Origin: Promethearchaeota archaeon
GTDB taxonomy: Archaea; Asgardarchaeota; Lokiarchaeia; Sigyniarchaeales; SOKP01
DNA length: 64,000 bases
Assembly: GCA_030603385.1 (NCBI GenBank)
Contig: JAUVXW010000022.1
Coordinates: forward strand, 1 to 64,000
Direction: 5' to 3'
Part shown: one piece after another, positions 40,601 through 50,474 of the stretch
Layout: the number at the start of each line of letters is the position of its first letter
Position numbering within the stretch: position 1 is the stretch's first letter
The notes under the pieces: generated by a model
The model's database searches: none
The model's input: only the letters and a program-made list of their open reading frames with translations
What the model was told of the DNA's origin: nothing
Program-made: the position numbers and the translations under genes

Positions 40601-41740
40601 ATGGGAACTTGTAAATTTTGTGGGAAAGCAGATAGAACAATATCTGAAGTTCTTCAAGTATGTAGAAAATGTATTTTGGAAGCTGATTGGAATACAATCA
40701 AACCCCATATTTTAGGAGTTCACAAACAGGTTCGACAACTTGTAGAATTACCAGAAAAACCTCCTAAAGCAGAGAAACCAAATATCAAATTAAAATGTAA
40801 TTACTGCATAAATGAATGCTCTCTTTCTGATAATGATGTAAGTTATTGCGGTTTAAGAAATATTCGAAGGAACAACTCTGGAGATTTACCTTTTCCGTCT
40901 AAATCAAAAGGATACATTCATGGTTATATCGATCCCAATCCTACAAATTGTTGCAATGCATGGTTTTGCCCTGCTGGGACTTCGGTTGGTTTTCCAAAAT
41001 ATTCTGATTATGAAACTCCTGAATTTGGGACATATAGCTATGCTGCATTTCTATATGGATGCACATTTTCGTGCCTCTTCTGCCAGAATAGTAGCCATAA
41101 GCAATTTCAGAAGCAATATCTGTTTGATAGTGAAACTTTAGCAAATCAAATAGTAAAAAATGAGAAAATTACTTGTCTATGCTATTTTGGGGGAACTCCT
41201 GAATCCCAATTGCCATTTTCTATTAATTTAGCAGAACTAATTTTAGAAAAAATAGAAACTAAAGATAAAAAGAGAATAATGCGTGTATGTTGGGAATGGA
41301 ATGGAAGTGGGAGACAAGATTTAGTAGAAAAATGCATGAAAATCGCAATAAAAACGGGGGGTAATATAAAATTTGATTTAAAAAGTTTCGATGAGAAATT
41401 AAATTTAGCATTATGTGGTATTAGTAATAGCAGAACTCTTGAAAATTTTAATTTCTTAGCTGAAAATTATTTTGGAACCAGGGGAAAAGAAATGCCAGAA
41501 ATAAGTGGCTGTACATTAATGGTTCCAGGTTATGTCAACCATGAGGAAGTGGAGTTAATAGCAAATTTTATTAGGGAGATAAATCCTGATATTCCCTATA
41601 GCCTCTTAGTGTTTCATGGTGATTACCAAATGAAAGATTTACCTATTACTCCAAGAAAACAAGCAGAAAATTGCCTTAAAGTTGCTCAAAGATATCTAAA
41701 TAATGTACATTTGGGGAATAAATTCTTGTTAGGATCATGA
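40601..41740 (+). CDS. radical SAM protein (PFL-activase/AmmeMemoRadiSam-like) with N-terminal Cys-rich domain
   Basis: GCTFSCLFCQN CxxxCxxC motif, CYFGGTP, CWEWNG, KFDLK, TLMVPGY, VHLGN. Confidence 0.9.
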   Translation: MGTCKFCGKADRTISEVLQVCRKCILEADWNTIKPHILGVHKQVRQLVELPEKPPKAEKPNIKLKCNYCINECSLSDNDVSYCGLRNIRRNNSGDLPFPSKSKGYIHGYIDPNPTNCCNAWFCPAGTSVGFPKYSDYETPEFGTYSYAAFLYGCTFSCLFCQNSSHKQFQKQYLFDSETLANQIVKNEKITCLCYFGGTPESQLPFSINLAELILEKIETKDKKRIMRVCWEWNGSGRQDLVEKCMKIAIKTGGNIKFDLKSFDEKLNLALCGISNSRTLENFNFLAENYFGTRGKEMPEISGCTLMVPGYVNHEEVELIANFIREINPDIPYSLLVFHGDYQMKDLPITPRKQAENCLKVAQRYLNNVHLGNKFLLGS

Positions 41741-41801
41741 TTTAAATCAAATTTTTAAAAATTTGGTAAAAATTTATTTAATCCTATAATAAAACTGCTT
41801 C

Positions 41802-43484
41802 TTACAAGATTAAATGGTATTTACCATTTCTAAAAGTAATAAAATTAGATCTTAGTAGATCATCAACAGAAGAAATTAGCGAAGTTTCAAGTATTCTATG
41901 TTCATTTTTATTTTCGCAAATCCATAAATTTTCCAATCTATTATCCATAGCATCAAAATTGATATGATGAACAATACATTCTGGTTTTAAGTATTTTCTA
42001 TCGATAATATACTTTTTTGACCATTCTAATTCAGGATGCTTTGCTAAGTCTCTTTCCATAACATAACGATGCTCGTACATCCATCCTTTATTATTCTTGG
42101 CAGTAAGATTTCCGTAACCTTCTGGTATTCTCATCCAAACTCGACCTTCGCTATGTTGGTATTTTCCAAAGCCTCTCTCCTTATTTTCCATATCAATATT
42201 ATGTTTTACTTTAGACCAATAATAAATCACACCTCTATCAACACCGCACAGTTTGGCAAGTCTTCTTTGTGTTAGGTTAAAATTTTCATCGTGAATAAGT
42301 CGATCAACCCATTCTTTGTGCAAATATAAGGGATTTTCGTCCGAACAATCTGAACAAGGATCTAACAGTATTTCTTTTTCTGAAGGTTGGTTTTCACGAA
42401 TTTTGACAATCCAATCGTCAGAAATCTCTTTCCAATTAATTTTTTTAATTTCTACTTTTATCAAGTTTATATCTTTATAAGGATTAATGGATATCGGTTT
42501 TAAAATTTCTTTAATCCTTGATGAACTTAATTCTCTACAATCGAAATTAGTGTTAAAGTAATATTTCCCATCTTTAAAACCTATTTGATTCAATTTGATT
42601 AAATCTCTATAACATTCATTTAATGTTCCGTCTGCTTTTTTATGGTTCTCAGTATTTTCATATAACCATAAATTTTCCAACCTATTATCAGATTTTTTAA
42701 AGTTAATATGATGAACTATAGTTCCTTTTTTCAAATATTTTCCTTCAATTAGATATTTTTTTGACCATTCTAATTCAGGATGTTCTGATAAATATTTTTC
42801 CATTACAATAACATGTTCAAATCGAACATTTCTACCTTTTTGAGGTACTAATTCTGGATGTAAATATCCCTTAGGCATATATAATTTTACATAACCTCTT
42901 TCATCAATCCATCTTCCATTTGTCCAATCTTTTGCGGGAATTTCATGTATTTTACGCCATCCAAGTATAGTAGAATAATGCACTCCGCATACTTCACCAA
43001 TTAATTGATCAGTTAACTTCAATTCTTTATTATTATAAACTGTCTCCAACCATTTTTTATGTTTATATAAAGGATTTGCTCTTGAACAATCTTGTTTAGG
43101 ATCTAATTGAATCTCATAATCAGAATATTGATTTTTTGGGTATTTTATAGTCCACTCTTTTGCAACCTTATCCCAATCTATATTTCTAATTTCTTCTCTT
43201 ATTTTTTGTATATCATAATTTTTACTATCCGTTTTTTTATAATTTATAATTTCTTCATTTCTTTCTATATTTTCTTGATGTAATTGTTTTGCTTTATCAT
43301 CTTTAGGATCTTGTTCATAATCCAAATTTTCATATTCTGCAAAAGGATCTTCAGTGTCTTCCCTTGGTTCCCAATCATTCTCTAATTCTTCCGATTTAAT
43401 TTCTTCACCTTTAACTTCATCCACTTCTTTATTTTTTTCATGAGAATCTAGTTGATCTTCCCAGTCACTACCATATTCACTCAT
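41802..43484 (-). CDS. protein with two tandem HTH + HNH endonuclease modules and an acidic N-terminus
   Basis: Two repeats: NPLYxHKxW..HTH..EHxxVME..HPELEWSKKY..IVHHINF...DNRLENLW...H; 26-nt exact DNA repeat near 42013 and 42757. Confidence 0.85.
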   Translation of the reverse strand: MSEYGSDWEDQLDSHEKNKEVDEVKGEEIKSEELENDWEPREDTEDPFAEYENLDYEQDPKDDKAKQLHQENIERNEEIINYKKTDSKNYDIQKIREEIRNIDWDKVAKEWTIKYPKNQYSDYEIQLDPKQDCSRANPLYKHKKWLETVYNNKELKLTDQLIGEVCGVHYSTILGWRKIHEIPAKDWTNGRWIDERGYVKLYMPKGYLHPELVPQKGRNVRFEHVIVMEKYLSEHPELEWSKKYLIEGKYLKKGTIVHHINFKKSDNRLENLWLYENTENHKKADGTLNECYRDLIKLNQIGFKDGKYYFNTNFDCRELSSSRIKEILKPISINPYKDINLIKVEIKKINWKEISDDWIVKIRENQPSEKEILLDPCSDCSDENPLYLHKEWVDRLIHDENFNLTQRRLAKLCGVDRGVIYYWSKVKHNIDMENKERGFGKYQHSEGRVWMRIPEGYGNLTAKNNKGWMYEHRYVMERDLAKHPELEWSKKYIIDRKYLKPECIVHHINFDAMDNRLENLWICENKNEHRILETSLISSVDDLLRSNFITFRNGKYHLIL

Positions 43485-43606
43485 ATTGTTATCGTAATTA
43501 CAATTTTTATCATTTTAATAAAAAATAAATTGAAAATATTTAAAAATAAACAGAGAAAAGTATTTGTGATTATTAAAATCAGCTTAAATTAAGCAAAAGC
43601 AATGTC

Positions 43607-44217
43607 TCACACAAGAATTTTTCAAAGAGATATCTATTTGATGCTGAATTGTTAGCAAACCAAATAGTGAAAAATAAGGATATTACATGTATATGTTATT
43701 TTGGAGGAACTCCAGAGGCTCAATTACCATTTTCCATTAACTTATCTAATAAAATTCTTGAAAAAATTAAACAGGAAAACAAAAATCGAAAATTTAGGAT
43801 ATGCTGGGAATGGAATGGGAGTGGAAATCAGGCTTTAATCGAAAAATGTATGCAAATAGCCATTGAATCAGGCGGAAACATAAAATTTGATCTGAAAACA
43901 TTTAATGAAAAGTTAAATTTAGCAAATTTCTAGCCGAAAATTACTTTGGAATAAGAGGTGAAAATATGCCTGAGATGAGTGCTTGTACTTTACTAGTTCC
44001 AGGATATACATCGCATGAGGAGGTTGAGTTAATTGCAAAATACATAAAATCAATTAACGAAAACATTCCTTATAGCCTATTAATATTCCACGGAGATTAT
44101 CAGATGAGAGATTTAGGGATTACACCCAGAAAGCAAGCTTTAAAGAGCTTGGAAATCGCAAAAAAATATTTAACGAGAGTAAATTTGGGAAATAAGTTCT
44201 TATTGGGATTTAATTAG
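43607..44217 (+). pseudogene. 5'-truncated, frameshifted paralogue of the radical SAM gene 40601..41740
   Basis: Begins SHKNFSKRYLFDAELLANQIVKN (just after the missing CxxxCxxC); ~40-nt deletion near 43925 splits ORFs 43649..43933 and 43966..44217. Confidence 0.85.
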
Positions 44218-44338
44218 TTTTATTACTATACCCTTTAAAAATTAAGATAACAAAATTTATTTAATAGAAATAATTTATAGAATAGAAGAATATACGTTTA
44301 AACGTAAATTTAAAATAATATCTTTTGGTGAGTGAAAC

Positions 44339-44644
44339 ATACAAAAAGCACGCATACGGTTGTCATCTACGCAATTAGATGCATTAAAATCAGTATGCGA
44401 ACAAGTTTCTCAAGTGTGCGCCAGTCAGGGCATCCGTAAACATGGACCTATTCCTCTTCCTACCAAAAGGCTCCGGGTACCTATAATGAAAGCTCCAAGT
44501 GGGCAGGGCACATCAACTTGGGCTAAATTCGAGATGCGTATTCATAAACGTCTGTTTGAAATAATTGCGAACGAAAGAAGTATGCATCTCATCATGAAAA
44601 TTCAAATTCCTGAAACTGTACTCGTAGAAATTGAGTTAATGTAA
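44339..44644 (+). CDS. rpsJ: 30S ribosomal protein S10 (uS10)
   Basis: QKARIRLSST..GPIPLPTKRL..KAPSGQG..WAKFEMRIHKRL; start ATA 44339 with in-frame TGA two codons upstream. Confidence 0.96.
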   Translation: MQKARIRLSSTQLDALKSVCEQVSQVCASQGIRKHGPIPLPTKRLRVPIMKAPSGQGTSTWAKFEMRIHKRLFEIIANERSMHLIMKIQIPETVLVEIELM

Positions 44645-44661
44645 ATATAAATTTTACTAGA

Positions 44662-45420
44662 TTATAACTCATCTAAATTAATCTGAGTTGGTTCATTAGC
44701 TAGTTTTGCTTTTTTATCAATTTCGATTTTATCAACATAATAAACAGTTCCTAGGATTTCTGACCCTCGACCAATTGTCACATCTTTACCTTTAATATCT
44801 CCCTCGACCTGTGTTCTGTTAACATCCACAGTGTTTTTAGCTAATATGCTTCCATGAATTCTGTAATGCTGTTTTTTTCTAACGCCTTCTGAAGCACCCA
44901 TAAGAACATTTTCGGCAACTACATTACCTTCAATTTTTGTTGATCCATCAATCTTAATACTTTTTTGAGCAGAAAGGTTTCCATTTATATTTGAAGATCC
45001 AGAGAACTCAATTCCTTCATCAACGGTTACAAAATGCCCTACTTTAAATGAACCCGAAGCTACTAAAGCTCCCTGAATCCTTACGAGATTACCTATTTGT
45101 GTTGAACCGGAAAAATCAGCGCTTCCATCCCCATAAAGAAATCCAGCAATGTTTAATGAACCTGAACTGCTTATATCCCCATGTGCAGTTAGATTACCTG
45201 ATCCTTTTAAAGTGCCTGAAGATGTAAGTCCATCGCATTCTAAATCTCCATTAATCCCTCCTGAACCTGAGATTCGTATAGACTTGTTAACTTTTCCACC
45301 CGAGATTTTAGCAGATCCAGTAATGCTGATATGTTCTTCAAATTCCATTAAGTCTCCTGAACTACTAATCATGGCTCTTTTCTCTTCTTTCTCAACAGAA
45401 TCAATATTTTTTTTTTCCAC
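44662..45420 (-). CDS. polymer-forming cytoskeletal (bactofilin-like) beta-helix protein
   Basis: Many Gly/Ser/Ile repeats (ISGSGGINGDL, FSGSSNINGNL, IEGNVVAENV). Confidence 0.75.
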   Translation of the reverse strand: MEKKNIDSVEKEEKRAMISSSGDLMEFEEHISITGSAKISGGKVNKSIRISGSGGINGDLECDGLTSSGTLKGSGNLTAHGDISSSGSLNIAGFLYGDGSADFSGSTQIGNLVRIQGALVASGSFKVGHFVTVDEGIEFSGSSNINGNLSAQKSIKIDGSTKIEGNVVAENVLMGASEGVRKKQHYRIHGSILAKNTVDVNRTQVEGDIKGKDVTIGRGSEILGTVYYVDKIEIDKKAKLANEPTQINLDEL

Positions 45421-45608
45421 CTTAATTCACAACCAAAAGAATTGATTACAATTATATAATACAATTATATAAAATCAAATTTAATAAAACTTTTACTTAT
45501 TTACTAAGTTTCAAAAAAAGAACTGTGTTTAATTAATCAGATTTAAATCCATAAATTAATATGATTTTATTAAGTAATTAGATAGCATCTTAACAAGAGT
45601 GGATTTTA

Positions 45609-46328
45609 TTGGCAGATTTCCATACTAAGACGTTTTATGGTCAAAAATCAAGTTTAATGGTTACTAGCCCTGCAAGGATGGTTCCCTACATTTTTTTAAG
45701 TTGTATTCATAGAAAGGATGATGGTAAATGGGAAAAAACATCTAAAGGTGAAGGAAAAACTGTCAAACTATCAATTGAAGAAATAATCTGTATTTTAGAA
45801 GTTCTGCATAGAAGAAGTGCAAACTGGAGAGGATATCATGTTTTTAGAGAGCGTAAAACGGAGATCTATGTAGGCTGGGAAGATGAGAGTCGTCAAGTAT
45901 TAAGAATAAAAATTGGAGATTATAAGAAGAAAATTCGATTTCCGAATTTAAATTTCCTTACATTATTGCTTGAGCACGTGCTTAACGAGAAAATAGAGTT
46001 TGCTACTAGTGGTACATTTGAGTCAAAAGAAAAGGAGGATATGGTTGATGGAGAGGCTGAATATAGTGTTTTTGCAGAGCATATTACAGCTAGAGATGGA
46101 TTGCACATTGTTGAAACTACTGAATATGGTGCTTCCATTGATAGAGTTGATATAAAAGCAAGGATTAAAGTTGAAAGCCCTAAAGCGTTACTTATCACAT
46201 TAGAATCAGATGAAGAATTCTGGATACCTAAAAGTACAGTACATAATGAGTATGATGTGAGAAATAAAGATTTACAGAAATTTACCGTCGATAAATGGAT
46301 AATTGAGAAGCATAAGATCTTAAAATAA
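45609..46328 (+). CDS. hypothetical protein, Whirly/PC4-like N-domain plus small beta C-domain
   Basis: FYGQKSSLMV..IFLSC..KWEK..TVKLSIEEIICI..YH pattern; C-terminal ESPKALLI..EFWIPKS. Confidence 0.6.
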   Translation: MADFHTKTFYGQKSSLMVTSPARMVPYIFLSCIHRKDDGKWEKTSKGEGKTVKLSIEEIICILEVLHRRSANWRGYHVFRERKTEIYVGWEDESRQVLRIKIGDYKKKIRFPNLNFLTLLLEHVLNEKIEFATSGTFESKEKEDMVDGEAEYSVFAEHITARDGLHIVETTEYGASIDRVDIKARIKVESPKALLITLESDEEFWIPKSTVHNEYDVRNKDLQKFTVDKWIIEKHKILK

Positions 46329-46419
46329 ATAAGAATATGAAATCTTAATTTTAAAGAAAAGATAAATAGTAATAGTATCTACACCATTTTTGAGATATTT
46401 ACGATAGATTTGAGCCCTC

Positions 46420-47250
46420 ATGGATCTTAGTATTGATTTCTTAAAACAAGTCGCTTTAGATATTTATAAAGTAGTAAATCCACTTTTGGGTACAAGAGAA
46501 GCTGCCAAAAAATTAAAAAAGGGGGCTGGCGGGGATATTTCAATGCATCTTGATATAGTTGCAGAAAATGCAATTATTGAATCTCTGGAAAAGAAAAATG
46601 TCCCTTTATTACTAATTAGTGAAGAAATAGGAGAAAAATATATCGGTGATAAAGAAAAGGCTAAAAAAGGACAAATCAAATTAATAGTAGATCCACTGGA
46701 TGGGTCGAATAATGCTGTTAGAGGTGTTCCCTATTGCTCTGTCTCCATAGCTTACGCTGTTGGCGATATGATGAATGATATTGTAAAAGGTGTAGTTCTT
46801 AATTTAAATACAAAAGACATCTACTGGGCAGAAAAAGGAAAAGGAGCTTTTCTCAATGGAACTAAAATTCATGTTTCTGACTTAGATATTTCGCAAAAAT
46901 GCCTTTTTGAACTTAATCTTCCCATGAATAATTTAATGAAGAATCTACAAGATTTAAGCCCAATAATAAGAAACTTTTATAGAATCAGAATATTGGGAAG
47001 TAGTGCTCTAACCTTATGTCAAATCGCAAATGGAAGTATGGAAGCATTTATTAATTTGAGAGAAAGCAACCGATTAGTAGATGTAGCTGCAGGGGTGTTG
47101 ATTGTAAAAGAGGCAGGTGGTAAACTATTCTCTTTAGAGGGAAATGAAATTGATCAAGAATTATCAATAGATGTAAAATTTCCATTCATAGCATCTAATG
47201 CTAAGCTAGAATCTTTCCTTAAAGAAGTATTATTCGATAAAATCAATTAG
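46420..47250 (+). CDS. suhB: inositol monophosphatase / FBPase family protein
   Basis: ISEE, VDPLDGSNN, AEKGKGAF, RILGSSAL, DVAAG. Confidence 0.9.
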   Translation: MDLSIDFLKQVALDIYKVVNPLLGTREAAKKLKKGAGGDISMHLDIVAENAIIESLEKKNVPLLLISEEIGEKYIGDKEKAKKGQIKLIVDPLDGSNNAVRGVPYCSVSIAYAVGDMMNDIVKGVVLNLNTKDIYWAEKGKGAFLNGTKIHVSDLDISQKCLFELNLPMNNLMKNLQDLSPIIRNFYRIRILGSSALTLCQIANGSMEAFINLRESNRLVDVAAGVLIVKEAGGKLFSLEGNEIDQELSIDVKFPFIASNAKLESFLKEVLFDKIN

Positions 47251-47385
47251 TTTAAAAGAAATTTTGAGAGTCTAAAACCGGGCGGTGGGTTTGTAGCAGC
47301 AAATATCCATAATATTACAGCAGAAGTACCACCCAAAAATATTGTAGCTATGTTTGATGCCGCAAATGAGATTAAGAATTATTAA
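47251..47385 (+). pseudogene. 3' remnant of a uroporphyrinogen decarboxylase-family gene
   Basis: FKRNFESLKPGGGFVAANIHNITAEVPPKNIVAMFDAA is the typical URO-D/MtaA C-terminus; no start. Confidence 0.75.
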
Positions 47386-47388
47386 AAA

Positions 47389-48573
47389 TTAATCTGGCAC
47401 TTCAATTGGATATTTTCCATATTTTCTTTTAATATTTTGCATTGCTTCAAAACTGTCTACTGAAATTGCTGGATTAATACTATGCCCTGAACTAAATACA
47501 TATCCTCCTCCAGGAGCTATTTCACAAATTAATCGTTTAGCAGAGGCTTCAATCTCAGCTATTTCACCTAAAGTTAATAAAACTGGAGATACATTTCCTA
47601 TAAAAGTGATTTTATTTCCATATTTCTCATTTAATTTAAAAATATCATAATCTGGATTTGCTGTAGTAGGTTCAATAGGATTTAAAGCATCTACACCACA
47701 ATTTATAATATCTTCAAAAATTTCAGATAAATCCCCATCTGAATGTAGAATTACTTTACAATTATGTTTATGAGCCGTACTACAAATACGTTTTAACCAG
47801 GGGAAGACATAAGTCTGGTAATTTTTAGGACTCATAAATAAACCATTTTTAAACCCATAATCATCCCATAAAAGCACTAGTTGAGCGTCATTCTCAGCTA
47901 AAAGTTTAACTAATTCAAGTGTAAATTTACCTCGATCATCAAATATTTTCCTAACTTGTTTTGGTCTTGTTAAAATTCTTGAAAAATTCTCTAAGCCAAA
48001 ACCTTCCCAAGAACATTCCATTAGAGCACCTAAAGAAGGTACGGAGAAAATTTCATCATTTTTTTCTTCTTGAATTTCCCTACCAGCCTTGAAATTTATT
48101 AATCTTGCTTCCCAATAAGGATCTGGTTGCTCCCATGATTCATAATCATCAAAATTTTTAAAATATCCCCCAAAGTATTCATTAATAACTGTTTCTGTGC
48201 CATCTTTTGCCTTGTAAACTCGTTGTTTCATAATTCGACCGTATTCATCAATTATGCCATCTCCTTCTTTTAATATTTTTCTAGGATATATAGATGCTAA
48301 AGTAAGAGCAATATCAATCTCAGCGCGTCGAAAAAATTCATGTGATTGCTTTAAGACTCTTTTAACATAATCAAAACTTGTATATCCTTTTACAATGAGT
48401 TCATTCCCCTTTTCTCCCAACTTACTGAGTTGCTTTATTCCGTCTCTATACCCCTTTCCAATAGGGATATCATAATACTTCAAGATTGAATTGTTAGTTA
48501 CAATCTCAAATGAGGGTACTCTATCAGGTTCTTCATGGTCTATTGCTTTCAACACTCTTTCTGGAGCGTTCAT
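47389..48573 (-). CDS. uroporphyrinogen decarboxylase / MtaA-CmuA methyltransferase family protein
   Basis: ERVLKAI.HEEPDRVP, WDDYG, LHSDG, LNPIEP, GNV, PGGGYVFSSGHSI. Confidence 0.88.
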   Translation of the reverse strand: MNAPERVLKAIDHEEPDRVPSFEIVTNNSILKYYDIPIGKGYRDGIKQLSKLGEKGNELIVKGYTSFDYVKRVLKQSHEFFRRAEIDIALTLASIYPRKILKEGDGIIDEYGRIMKQRVYKAKDGTETVINEYFGGYFKNFDDYESWEQPDPYWEARLINFKAGREIQEEKNDEIFSVPSLGALMECSWEGFGLENFSRILTRPKQVRKIFDDRGKFTLELVKLLAENDAQLVLLWDDYGFKNGLFMSPKNYQTYVFPWLKRICSTAHKHNCKVILHSDGDLSEIFEDIINCGVDALNPIEPTTANPDYDIFKLNEKYGNKITFIGNVSPVLLTLGEIAEIEASAKRLICEIAPGGGYVFSSGHSINPAISVDSFEAMQNIKRKYGKYPIEVPD

Positions 48574-48667
48574 AATCCCCTAATTCTTAAGAAGTAATTA
48601 GACTTTATATAAGTATTAACATTATTCTTGTTAAATAAATAATTCTTTCAATAATGTAAATAGGTCG

Positions 48668-49273
48668 TTGATTAATCTTAAAAAACTAAATAGAGAGTTC
48701 TTCAATAGAAAAACTGAAATAGTAGCGGAAGACTTATTAGGGACGTATTTAGTAAGAGAAACAGAAAAAAGTAAGATAGTTGGAAAAATTATCGAAGTTG
48801 AAGTTTACCTCGGCCCTAATGATAAAGCCAGCCATTCATATAATTACAAAAAAACTGAAAGGACAAAAATAATGTATAGTAAACCCGGTACTCTTTATGT
48901 TTACCTCATATATGGCATGTATTTCTGTCTTAATGTGATTACGGAGTCAGAGGAGATGCCATGCGCAGTTTTAATAAGAAAATTATACCCTATTGATGGA
49001 ATCGAATTAATGATTGAAAATCGAAAAGTAAATTTAGGAAAAAACTTTAAAAATTTGATCGACGGTCCCGGAAAACTGTGTATGGCATTTAATATAACAA
49101 AAGAAGAATTAAATGGAAAAGATTCTTGTTCTATCGGTTCAAGACTATATTTTACTCAAGGTGAAAAGATAGATCAGAAAAATATTATAAAAAGTAAAAG
49201 AATCGGTATAGCCTACGCAGAAGAAGATAAAGATCTACTATTAAGATACATACTAATTAACAGAAAAAAATAA
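48668..49273 (+). CDS. mpg: DNA-3-methyladenine glycosylase (Mpg/AAG family)
   Basis: VAEDLLG, IIEVEVYLGPNDKASH, YVYLIYGMYFCLN, AVLIR, GPGKLC, RIGI. Confidence 0.92.
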   Translation: MINLKKLNREFFNRKTEIVAEDLLGTYLVRETEKSKIVGKIIEVEVYLGPNDKASHSYNYKKTERTKIMYSKPGTLYVYLIYGMYFCLNVITESEEMPCAVLIRKLYPIDGIELMIENRKVNLGKNFKNLIDGPGKLCMAFNITKEELNGKDSCSIGSRLYFTQGEKIDQKNIIKSKRIGIAYAEEDKDLLLRYILINRKK

Positions 49274-49422
49274 AATAAGGTTTCATTTTCTACATTTTCA
49301 TAGGAGAAATTAGACATTAATGGATAAATTTAAATACCTAAGTTTACAAATTATATCTTGGAATAGGGTTATTAGTTGTAGGTTTAGTTTAATTAAGTTA
49401 ACAACGTCAATAAGGTGATTTT

Positions 49423-49875
49423 ATCGTAAGAGATGCCTTGAAATTTTTTCAAGCTTATGTGAAAGAAATGATTGATATAGGTGGGAGTAATTTACCAAAG
49501 GCTATATCTTCTAAATCTGGTGCGAAGTTAGGTAAGTTATATAAAAATAAAGGATTACCATTGAAAATAGAAGATGCGTTAAGTCAAATCTATACTGTAT
49601 TAAATGCCAAACCAATAATAAAAAAACTAGATGATAATACATATGATGTAATTATTAAATATCCAAAGAAATTTTGCCCAATTGGGGGTTCCAATAACTC
49701 TTCACGCGCAACCTTATTTCAAGAAAATATATGTATGCCTTATACACGGGGTTTTTTGAATGAGCTTTTTCCAGAATACAAGTTTGAAGCTGATATCTTA
49801 AATTGTATTCCTCTAAACGATAACAAAACTTGTCATTATATCTTAAAAATAGAAAATAGAACAAATGCTCTTTGA
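49423..49875 (+). CDS. V4R / methanogen-output-domain-like protein (copy 1)
   Basis: FCPIGG..ICMPYT..CI..CHY Cys pattern; RDALKFFQ shared with copy 2 lies upstream of TTG 49438; candidate ATC start. Confidence 0.6.
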   Translation: MVRDALKFFQAYVKEMIDIGGSNLPKAISSKSGAKLGKLYKNKGLPLKIEDALSQIYTVLNAKPIIKKLDDNTYDVIIKYPKKFCPIGGSNNSSRATLFQENICMPYTRGFLNELFPEYKFEADILNCIPLNDNKTCHYILKIENRTNAL

Positions 49876-50020
49876 GCTATCTATTTCTATTTAAATTCCG
49901 ATAATATAGATTTTTTCTATATTATCAACTAAATATTTTCTACATAAAGTATTAAATAGTCTAAAATTGAGATTTATGTAAGATATTCTCATTATTACTA
50001 TTAAGAAGGATTCTGTAATT

Positions 50021-50461
50021 ATGTCTAAAAATAGAGACGCTTTAAAGTTTTTTCAAGCATTTATCAATGAAATGATTGATGTAGGAGGAATAAATCTTCC
50101 AAAATCCATATCCGTTAGTCTGGGTGCAAAATTGGGTAAAATATTAAAGGAACGGGGAATCTCTAGTTTAGAAGGTAGTCTACAAAAAATTTATTCGGTA
50201 TTAAATGCTAAAACTAAAATTAATTCCATTGATAATAATACCCGAGAAATAACACTTAAATTTCGCTCAAATTTTTGCCCTCTTGGTGGAAAACACAATC
50301 CTGATCGAGCAGAACTTATTCAAAAAACAATATGCATTCCATATACTAAAGCAATTTTGAATTCTCTAGATCCCGATACAAAATATAAAATAGAGTTAAT
50401 GGATTGTATCCTTAAATCTAATAACAAAAGTTGTCAGTATATATTAAGAGTTAAAGAATAA
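50021..50461 (+). CDS. V4R / methanogen-output-domain-like protein (copy 2)
   Basis: Paralogue of copy 1: EMIDVGG.NLPK, FCPLGG, ICIPYT, CI..CQY. Confidence 0.65.
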   Translation: MSKNRDALKFFQAFINEMIDVGGINLPKSISVSLGAKLGKILKERGISSLEGSLQKIYSVLNAKTKINSIDNNTREITLKFRSNFCPLGGKHNPDRAELIQKTICIPYTKAILNSLDPDTKYKIELMDCILKSNNKSCQYILRVKE

Positions 50462-50474
50462 AAAACCCGAATCT

